NCBI GenBank assembly: GCA_001563965.1
Contig: LKMS01000001.1
Span: 1-29,859 of the forward strand
Reading direction: 5' to 3'
Source: Haloferacaceae archaeon PL-Br10_E2g29
GTDB lineage: Archaea; Halobacteriota; Halobacteria; Halobacteriales; Haloferacaceae
DNA: 29,859 bases
Part shown: positions 23,148-29,859 of the stretch, one piece after another
Numbering within the stretch: position 1 is the first letter of the stretch
Layout of the letters: every line of letters starts with the position of its first letter
The notes under the pieces: generated by a model
Told to the model about the DNA's origin: nothing
Seen by the model: the letters and a program-made list of their open reading frames with translations, nothing else
The model's database searches: none
Program-made: the position numbers and the translations under genes

Positions 23148-24401
23148 ATGAATCGTCGCCGCGGGCTGTTGGTCGTCGCACTCGTTGTGCTCGCAGGAGC
23201 GTACCTGTTGGCCGGCGGCGTCGGCCTGAGCACCGAAGACCCGCCAGCCCAAGAGATCGACAGCGTGGATGATGCCGAACTCATCCAACCAACCGAAAAC
23301 GGCAGCTATCTGTGGCCCTACACCAGTCGATCCCGGTCGGTAGAGCACCGAACGCTCGCGATCAACCTCATTATTCACGCGCCGCCCGATGAGGCACGGA
23401 CCGCGCTGATCGAACGCAGCGATCTTGACTGGGAAGAAACCAACGAGACGATGGAGGATGCGGGCACCGACACCTACGAGATTTCGGTCGACGACGGTGT
23501 CGACTGGGACGATGCGGACGGCTCAACCCGATACTCCTACATCGACCGTTCACCACACGGTGGCGAGGGCGAGTGGGTTGATGAGAGCTACCAGTTACAC
23601 AGCGGGGCGTATCTCGGCTCGCGACACCACATCCGCGCGTACAGTTCGGAAGATGACAACTGGACGGCTATTCAGGTTCACCACGAGTACTTCGATTGGT
23701 TCCGGCTTCGTCACACCGTCACCGACATCGATAATGCGCGCGTCATCATCGAGGACGACTTCATCGAACAACCGTTCGTTACCTCGGTCAGCCGCAACTA
23801 TTACGGTCTCGACGGCGGCTGGAGCGACGGCTGGATCAGCGAGATCGAGCTCGCAACCGCGTTGTTGCTGTTGACGTTCGTCAGTCACCGAACGCGCCGA
23901 ACCACCATCACCATGGGCCGTGATCTCACACAATGGGCCAGTAAAAACCGCTACGGCTTCGTGTTGGCGGCGAGCCTCGCGGCGCTCCTCTTGGGCGTCC
24001 GGTTTGCGGGGATTGCCCTTGAGGCGACGGTGACGAGTCAATCCCCACAGATTCTCGCGGGGGTGTTGTACCCGCTGCTCGTCTTCGGGCCACCGATTCT
24101 CGTGGCGGTGTTGGCCCCGCGGCTTGACGCGTTGCCGGCGTTCGGCTTTACGCTCGCCGGCATGGGGGTGGGCTTCGTCTACGACTTCGCCGCGATCGGC
24201 CTCGGCGTTGTTCCCATCGAGTTGGTGCTCCACCGGCTCGGCCTCGTGATCGCGCTCGGTGCGTTTGCCGCCGCCATCGTCGGCTCGCACAACCGCGAAC
24301 CGGACGAGTGGGAGGTCGCCGACGCCGATCCGCCGTTGACGCTCCTCACGATCGCCGCGTGGTTCCTCGGGCTCGCGCTCCCGCTGTTCGGCTACATCTG
24401 A
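23148..24401 (+). CDS. Membrane protein: N-terminal anchor, about 200-aa extracytoplasmic domain (LssY_C-like by eye), about 6 C-terminal TM helices
   Basis: MNRRRGLLVVALVVLAG signal/anchor; soluble domain with AINL, SRHHIRAY and HTVTDIDNAR; hydrophobic C-terminal segments. Confidence 0.8.
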   Translation: MNRRRGLLVVALVVLAGAYLLAGGVGLSTEDPPAQEIDSVDDAELIQPTENGSYLWPYTSRSRSVEHRTLAINLIIHAPPDEARTALIERSDLDWEETNETMEDAGTDTYEISVDDGVDWDDADGSTRYSYIDRSPHGGEGEWVDESYQLHSGAYLGSRHHIRAYSSEDDNWTAIQVHHEYFDWFRLRHTVTDIDNARVIIEDDFIEQPFVTSVSRNYYGLDGGWSDGWISEIELATALLLLTFVSHRTRRTTITMGRDLTQWASKNRYGFVLAASLAALLLGVRFAGIALEATVTSQSPQILAGVLYPLLVFGPPILVAVLAPRLDALPAFGFTLAGMGVGFVYDFAAIGLGVVPIELVLHRLGLVIALGAFAAAIVGSHNREPDEWEVADADPPLTLLTIAAWFLGLALPLFGYI

Positions 24402-24503
24402 GCCGGAACAGCGAGCACAGGTAGCTAGCCTTTTTATATTCTTGGGACCGAACTGCTCTTACGTTACGCCGGCACCCACCGGGTACACCATCCTCACAGA
24501 ACG

Positions 24504-25454
24504 ATGCTCCTCTCGCTCCTCATCGAAATAACCCTCGTCGTCGGCGCGTGCATTCTGGTCGGCGCGGTCACGATTGTCGGCCGCACGCGACTCAGCGAGT
24601 TGGCCAGCGAGTTCCGGCCGCGGCTCCGTCAGTCGGGCCCGTATCTGATTGCGCTTGCCGTGTTGTTGGCGTTCAACTCGGTGCTCAGAGATGTCACCGA
24701 CGAGTTCTCCTGGTTTGTCGGCTGGGAGATTACCGGCGCAATCGAGGCCATCGAGGGCAACTTCATCGGCTTCGTCCAGTCGTTTCAGACGGAGTTGTTG
24801 ACGACGTACTTTTCGTACATCTACGTCCACGGCTACGTGTTTTTGCTCGTATTTCCGTTGTTCGCCTACATCGCGCTCCAGCGCCAGCAGCGGTTTCGCG
24901 AACTCGTCGTCGCCTACGGGTTGAACTACGTGCTGGGAACCGTGTTGTACGTCATGTTCATTGCCTTCGGGCCCCGAAACGTCGGCATCGGCGAGAGCCT
25001 GTTGTACACGACGTTTCCACAGTTTCAGACGCTCACCACCGAGATCAACAACCCGACAAACGTGTTCCCCTCGTTGCACACGTCGCTGTCGGTGACCGCC
25101 GGCATCTTTGCGTACAAAACCCGCGAGGCGTATCCCGCGTGGCTCCCCATCGCCGCCGTGCTCGCGGGGAGCGTGGTTATCTCGACGATGTATCTCGGCA
25201 TTCACTGGGCAATCGATGTCGTCGCCGGCATTGTGCTCGCGGCGGGGTGTGTCTACGGCGCCGAGCGCTTCGTCGCCGCACAGGATCGCTGGGTGGCGGC
25301 GGCTCCGGAAGGAAAATCGGCACTCCTTGAAGTACCCCATCTCGGCCCGCGAGTCGAGATGCTCTCGGCGGCCGTCGGGGCGACGCGATGGACCGCCCGG
25401 TTCGAACGTGAGAGCGACGCGGACAGCGACTCGAACGAGGTCAGTAGCGACTGA
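24504..25454 (+). CDS. PAP2-superfamily membrane phosphatase/phosphotransferase (Aur1/IPC-synthase-like)
   Basis: Multiple TM helices; FGPRN, FPSLHTS (C2) and STMYLGIHWAIDVVAG (C3). There is no K-x6-RP C1 motif. Confidence 0.88.
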   Translation: MLLSLLIEITLVVGACILVGAVTIVGRTRLSELASEFRPRLRQSGPYLIALAVLLAFNSVLRDVTDEFSWFVGWEITGAIEAIEGNFIGFVQSFQTELLTTYFSYIYVHGYVFLLVFPLFAYIALQRQQRFRELVVAYGLNYVLGTVLYVMFIAFGPRNVGIGESLLYTTFPQFQTLTTEINNPTNVFPSLHTSLSVTAGIFAYKTREAYPAWLPIAAVLAGSVVISTMYLGIHWAIDVVAGIVLAAGCVYGAERFVAAQDRWVAAAPEGKSALLEVPHLGPRVEMLSAAVGATRWTARFERESDADSDSNEVSSD

Positions 25455-25484
25455 GCGGACGGGTCAAAAAACGACGTCTCGCAA

Positions 25485-25913
25485 TCAGTGAAGTTCGGCG
25501 AGCGAGCCGAAGTCGTCGACGGGCATCACGGAGTAATCGACGGTGAGCGTGTCTTGGGTCGCCCGAATCTTGCCGACGAACGTCGAGATCTCGGTGAGTT
25601 CGCCCTCAAGAACAAACAGTTCCATGCAGTAGTGGTTGCCGACGTGGCTGTGGAAGTTCGAGGCGACAAGCGACTCGTGTTCGTGCCGAAGGTGCATCAT
25701 TCGCTCTTCGACACTCGTCGTCTCGTAGTTGAACAACACCGTGACGATGGCGATGAGGTCGCGGTCTTCGAGTCGTTTGTCCTCGAACTCGCCGAGCAGG
25801 TTGCGCGAGGCCTCGCGGACGACTTCGCTGCGCCCCGTGTAGCCGTGTTCCTCGGCGAACGCGTCGATTCGGTTGAGCAGTTCTTCGGGCATGGAGACGC
25901 TGACAACGGTCAT
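25485..25913 (-). CDS. nikR: Nickel-responsive ribbon-helix-helix regulator NikR
   Basis: [13 protein letters not shown]...[15 protein letters not shown] domain; metal ligands H-x10-HSH-x5-C have the E. coli H76/H87/H89/C95 spacing. Confidence 0.9.
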   Translation of the reverse strand: MTVVSVSMPEELLNRIDAFAEEHGYTGRSEVVREASRNLLGEFEDKRLEDRDLIAIVTVLFNYETTSVEERMMHLRHEHESLVASNFHSHVGNHYCMELFVLEGELTEISTFVGKIRATQDTLTVDYSVMPVDDFGSLAELH

Positions 25914-25944
25914 ATATTAACTGCGAGCTGAAAGAATATTAACT
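25914..25944 (-). promoter_or_regulatory. nikR promoter with a 9-bp direct repeat (AGTTAATAT x2)
   Basis: ATATTAACT at 25914-25922 and 25936-25944 on the + strand; the distal copy sits at the TATA position, the proximal copy abuts the ATG. Confidence 0.5.
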
Positions 25945-26044
25945 TTTAGCATTGTGGCGACACATGGCCGGATAATATTGCCAACCACACGCGAAGCAAC
26001 ACCACCAGTTCGCACAGTGCAGTGATCCAGGCCGAACGACGCGA

Positions 26045-26857
26045 TTAGTCAGCCCGCACGTGGCAGCCACCGCTGTACTCGACCGACTCGATCGACTCGA
26101 TCGGATCGCTCCCACAAACGGGACAGTCGGGATTCTTGCGGTACGGAACCCGCTCGAACGAGAGCGCCATTGCGTCGTAACACAGCATCGTGCCGACCAA
26201 CGGCTCGCCAGCGCCAAGCAGGAGTTTGACCGCCTCGGTCGCCTGCAGACAGCCGACCGTTCCCGGCAGCACGCCGAGCACGCCGGTCGTCGCACAGTCG
26301 GGGACGGCCCCCGGTTCGGGCGCTTCGGCGAACAGACACCGGTAGCACGGCCCGTCGGGGACGAGCGTCGTCACCTGACCTTCGAACTTGTAGATCGCGC
26401 CGTGGGCGATCGGCACACCCGCCAGCCGGCAGACGTCGTTAACGAGATACCGCGTGGGGAAGTTGTCGCTCGCGTCGACGACGACATCACAGCCCGCGAT
26501 AAGCGGTTCTGCGTTGTCGGCGGTCAGTCGGGTGTGGTGGGTTTCGACGTCCACGTCGGGGTTGAGCCGGTCGACGAACGCGGCGGCGCTGTCGACTTTC
26601 GGCCGTCCCACGTCGTCGTCACCGTGAATCACCTGTCGCTGGAGGTTCGAGCGCTCGACAACATCGTCGTCGACGATGACGAGTTCGCCGACGCCGGCGG
26701 CCGCGAGATACTGGATGACGGGCGCACCGAGCCCGCCCGCGCCAACGACGAGCACGCGCCCGTCGAGCAGCGCCTGTTGGCCCTCGGGCCCGATTTCGTC
26801 CATGATGATGTGCCGCGAGTAGCGATCCAACTGGGTAGCGTCGAGTGCGAGGCTCAT
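26045..26857 (-). CDS. ubaA: SAMP-activating E1 enzyme (MoeB/ThiF family)
   Basis: 270 aa with LDRYSRHI, VGAGGLG, DVVERSNLQRQ, DASDNF, CYRC, PDCATTGVLG and CPVC; ATG 26857. Confidence 0.93.
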   Translation of the reverse strand: MSLALDATQLDRYSRHIIMDEIGPEGQQALLDGRVLVVGAGGLGAPVIQYLAAAGVGELVIVDDDVVERSNLQRQVIHGDDDVGRPKVDSAAAFVDRLNPDVDVETHHTRLTADNAEPLIAGCDVVVDASDNFPTRYLVNDVCRLAGVPIAHGAIYKFEGQVTTLVPDGPCYRCLFAEAPEPGAVPDCATTGVLGVLPGTVGCLQATEAVKLLLGAGEPLVGTMLCYDAMALSFERVPYRKNPDCPVCGSDPIESIESVEYSGGCHVRAD

Positions 26858-27026
26858 GTGGCCGGGTTCGGGCGGCGCGCGAATAAGGATATGGTCGCTC
26901 CCCGCTCGCGCGTAGGTCCAGCGTGTTCGGTTCGCGTTGTGGCGGCGGTAACACCACCGTCCCCTCCTATCACTTCTGTTATCTGCAGTATAAGACGCTG
27001 CAGCACGAACACGAGTGTGAGCTACG

Positions 27027-27941
27027 ATGAGCACAAATCCAACACACGTACTGGTTGTTGGCGCAACGGGCAACCAAGGCGGTGCAGTCGTCGATCACCT
27101 CCTCGAAAGCGCTCACGAGTTCGAGATTTCCGGACTCACTCGTAATTCGTCAAGCGAGACAGCGAATGCGCTCGCCGAGCGAGGCGTCTCCATGGTCGAG
27201 GGCGACCTCAGTAAGCCCGAAACGCTCCGTGAGCCCGTTCGTGCAGCGGACGCGGTCTTCGCCGTGACGAACTTCTGGACACAGGGCTTTGACGCGCAAG
27301 TGCAACAGGGGAAAAATATCGCGACTGTCGCGAGCGAGGAGGGCGTCGAGCAGTTCGTCTTTTCCGGTGTCGGAAGCCACGAAACGGAGACCGGCATTCC
27401 GCACTTCGACTCGGCCAACGAGATCGACAAACACATTCGATCGCTGGATCTTCCGTATACGATCCTCAAGCCGGTGTTCTTTTTCGAGAACCTCGAGGCG
27501 TTCGTCGAGAGCATCATCGAAGAGGGAACGCTCGCACTGCCACTCGAACCGGGCGTGAGTTTGCAGATGATCAGCAGCAACGATGTCGGCCGGGCGGCCG
27601 CGGTCACCTTTGAAAATCCGGCCGAGTTCATCGGCGAATCGATTGACCTCGCGGGCGACGAACGGACGCTCGAAGAGACTGCAGCGGCTCTTTCAGACGT
27701 GACCGGCATTGAGGTGTCGGCCATTCACGTGCCGGTTGAAGACGCGTACGAGAGCTTTGGTGAGGAGTTCACCGTGATGTGTGAGTGGTTCAACGAGGTC
27801 GGCTACTCCGCAGAGATCGATTCACTGCAGTCGCAGTTCGGGTTCGAGTTCACGACCCTTGAGCCCTACCTTCGCGAGCATGGTTGGGAGGACAAGGACG
27901 GAATGGCATCGGTTCCCGGCTGGGTTAAAGCCATGCAGTAA
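27027..27941 (+). CDS. NmrA/HSCARG-family NAD(P)-binding protein
   Basis: LVVGATGNQGGAV, GVEQFVFS, PHFDS, YTILKPVFFFEN and DVGRAAA; TATAAG box near 26988. Confidence 0.88.
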   Translation: MSTNPTHVLVVGATGNQGGAVVDHLLESAHEFEISGLTRNSSSETANALAERGVSMVEGDLSKPETLREPVRAADAVFAVTNFWTQGFDAQVQQGKNIATVASEEGVEQFVFSGVGSHETETGIPHFDSANEIDKHIRSLDLPYTILKPVFFFENLEAFVESIIEEGTLALPLEPGVSLQMISSNDVGRAAAVTFENPAEFIGESIDLAGDERTLEETAAALSDVTGIEVSAIHVPVEDAYESFGEEFTVMCEWFNEVGYSAEIDSLQSQFGFEFTTLEPYLREHGWEDKDGMASVPGWVKAMQ

Positions 27942-28063
27942 GCGATTTTCACACGAGTCGATCCGACCGGCTATTTTTTTGGTGAACGGAAAACCGCACG
28001 ACTCGGAGGCGATCAGTTGGTTATACAAATCGTCGGCCGTGCTGAACGGCCTGCGGCGAACGA

Positions 28064-28654
28064 CTACTTGCCGCGGTTGTCGTTGCTGTTGATGCTCGGA
28101 CGGACGTGCTCGGTTCCCTTGCCGCGAGTTCGCATGCCGCGGCCCTTGTCGCCGGCGCTGGTCAGCCCGCGGAAGGCCCGCTGGTTGTGCTGGCTGTCAC
28201 AGATCCAGTTGAGATCGCCGTCGTTCTCGATGGCCGGGTGGCTGGGATCCACGAGGATCACTTCGTGCCACTTCTGCGAGCCGTCTTCGCCGACCCAGTA
28301 GGAGTTGAGCACGCGAAGGTTGGGGTATTTGCGCGAGGCACGCTCCTCGGCGATACGCTGGATGGATTTGCGGCGACCGATCCGGTTGACACCCTGTCGT
28401 TTGGATCGGCGGCCGGCTTTGTGCCGCTGTTTGCGCGCGCCACCCTTGCGGACGGCGACGCGGGCGACGACGATGCCCTGCTTGGCTTTGTAGCCGAGCG
28501 AGCGCGCCTTGTCGAGTCGCGTTGGGCGGTCGATACGCTCGATTGCGCCCTGTTTGCGCCACTCCTGTTTTCGTTGCCACTGCAGTTCGGCGAGTTTGCC
28601 CTCCTTTGGGCTCTGCCAGGCGTCTCGGATGTATGAGTATGCACTTCGTGCCAT
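28064..28654 (-). CDS. rpl15e: 50S ribosomal protein L15e
   Basis: [51 protein letters not shown] and [10 protein letters not shown]. Confidence 0.98.
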   Translation of the reverse strand: MARSAYSYIRDAWQSPKEGKLAELQWQRKQEWRKQGAIERIDRPTRLDKARSLGYKAKQGIVVARVAVRKGGARKQRHKAGRRSKRQGVNRIGRRKSIQRIAEERASRKYPNLRVLNSYWVGEDGSQKWHEVILVDPSHPAIENDGDLNWICDSQHNQRAFRGLTSAGDKGRGMRTRGKGTEHVRPSINSNDNRGK

Positions 28655-28750
28655 AGATTGTCCTCGGGCGCTTGCGATTCAGTCGGTTCATCCGACCACA
28701 TTTCGTCCCGGCGAACCGGGTGCCCACTGAGGCCCGTCACAGTGAGTTGG
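28655..28750 (-). promoter_or_regulatory. Structured 5' leader of rpl15e (candidate ribosomal-protein autoregulatory leader)
   Basis: ATTAAA box at 28777-28772, then three hairpins: 28746-28723, 28720-28707 (UUCG loop) and 28696-28682. Confidence 0.6.
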
Positions 28751-29042
28751 CGACTCTACTGCTGAGAGGTGTTTAATGGCTTCGGGTTTCTGCTGGTGCG
28801 TGGTGGTTTGACATGGCGGGGTGTCGACGGTATATATATATTTTTATACGGAATTGCGATGGCTAACATTGCTATACTGCGAGCCCAAATAGTGTGTTAT
28901 CTCTATATCGAACTACGACGGTGGTGACTAGTCAATATATCTGAATGAGGTAGTGCGAGTCCAATCCATCATCTTCTTGTAAAAAATGTGTGCAACATAG
29001 AAAAAGGATGCAAAAAAACGTCAACAGGGCTCCGTAACACAG

Positions 29043-29840
29043 TTAACCCCAGATATCGGGGAATTCACGAGCGGCGTAGGGCTCGATTGGATCGGACTCG
29101 GCCCACATCGACTCAAAGAGGTCGGTTCCCCACCGGACAGCCGACTCCGTTTCCGAGACCACCGTTGCGTTCGTCGGCTCTCCTGACTGGGTCGGAAGGT
29201 TGAGGACCAAAAAGTCCTCACCGACGGCATACGAACACGTGGACTGTGTGAGTCGGAGTTCGGCGTGATCTAACACCTTTCCTGCGTCGAGTCCGTCTGT
29301 GATACGTTGGGCCCGGGTCTCGACAGCCGAGCGGTTGATCAATAGTCTCGTCTCCGCCGAATCCGGAACGGCGTCCTGGTACTCGGCGGAGAAAAACGGC
29401 GAGATAATCAGGCAGTGGTCGGCGTCTCGCATCCGCCGCAGGGCCACCTGGTGGTGTCTGGTAATCTGTGACTCATCGCTGCGCGCGATCTCGTACGCAC
29501 CGATCTCGGGCAATCGGCGGCGAAACGGTTGCGGGATTCCACTGGCGTCGTGGTTCTTCCAGTACGCCGGATCAGCACTGAGAAACGCGCCAGTGGATTG
29601 CCACTGATCGATGGCGTCCGCGACGAGTTGCCCGTGGGCGCTCAGGTCCCACCCCTCGCTCTTTTCAGTCACAATGCCGCGGTCCGCAAGCGTCGACACC
29701 GCATCGTAGACGGCCGAATCGCTGGCGTCGACTTCGGCCAGTAGCTCGTCGATTGGGGCCGCTCGCTCGGCAAGCTGCGTGACGATTCCGGTCCGTACTG
29801 CCGATGCAATGACGAATTCGTTCGGAGCGTGATCCGACAT
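29043..29840 (-). CDS. Winged-HTH transcriptional regulator (HVO_A0261/DUF1724/FilR1-like)
   Basis: N-terminal HTH (SAVRTGIVTQL...ASDSAVYDAVSTLADRGIV), middle YWKNHDASGIP, C-terminal AVRWGTDLFESMW; T-tracts downstream on the minus strand. Confidence 0.8.
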   Translation of the reverse strand: MSDHAPNEFVIASAVRTGIVTQLAERAAPIDELLAEVDASDSAVYDAVSTLADRGIVTEKSEGWDLSAHGQLVADAIDQWQSTGAFLSADPAYWKNHDASGIPQPFRRRLPEIGAYEIARSDESQITRHHQVALRRMRDADHCLIISPFFSAEYQDAVPDSAETRLLINRSAVETRAQRITDGLDAGKVLDHAELRLTQSTCSYAVGEDFLVLNLPTQSGEPTNATVVSETESAVRWGTDLFESMWAESDPIEPYAAREFPDIWG

Positions 29841-29859
29841 ATATCTATAATATGCAAAA

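Noticed and set aside
3950-25454. DedA gene as a physical member of the PAP2/LssY_C-like cluster
   Set aside because: It is 16 kb away and separated by many unrelated housekeeping genes; only a functional link is conceivable and nothing in the sequence shows it.
28859-28927. 22-codon ORF (MANIAILRAQIVCYLYIELRRW) after the strong TATA tract
   Set aside because: The ATG is too close to the TATA tract, the composition is non-acidic and unlike host proteins, and there is no recognisable motif.
1-29859. Mobile elements, tRNA or rRNA genes, defence systems
   Set aside because: No transposase, integrase or nuclease-defence ORFs, no terminal inverted repeats with target duplications, and no tRNA cloverleaf or rRNA-like sequence were recognised in the intergenic gaps.

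Overview
GC-rich haloarchaeal chromosomal window (acidic proteins, Tat lipoproteins, archaeal ribosomal and Sec genes; class Halobacteria is inferred). It is mostly housekeeping. In order: the end of the A-type ATP synthase operon (atpA partial, atpB, no atpD after it), two tandem Hsp20 genes, a DedA-like protein, pheA, mscS, hisE-pdxT, Sec61beta, thioredoxin, rpl40e, an MBL hydrolase, family-4 UDG, a CBS protein, a kdgK-like kinase, a mutS-Nudix-mutL run, a CDGSH protein, thiD with a degenerate ThiN-like tail, a four-gene envelope cluster, nikR, ubaA, an NmrA-like protein, rpl15e with a structured leader, and an HTH regulator. I saw no transposase, integrase, CRISPR array, tRNA or rRNA. The best candidate for an undescribed system is the co-oriented cluster at 20379-25454. 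It holds an orphan family-5 solute-binding Tat lipoprotein whose motifs look circularly permuted, a second Tat lipoprotein (DUF6517-like), a membrane protein whose outer domain resembles LssY_C, and an Aur1-type PAP2 enzyme. All family assignments come from motif recognition by eye; no searches were run.
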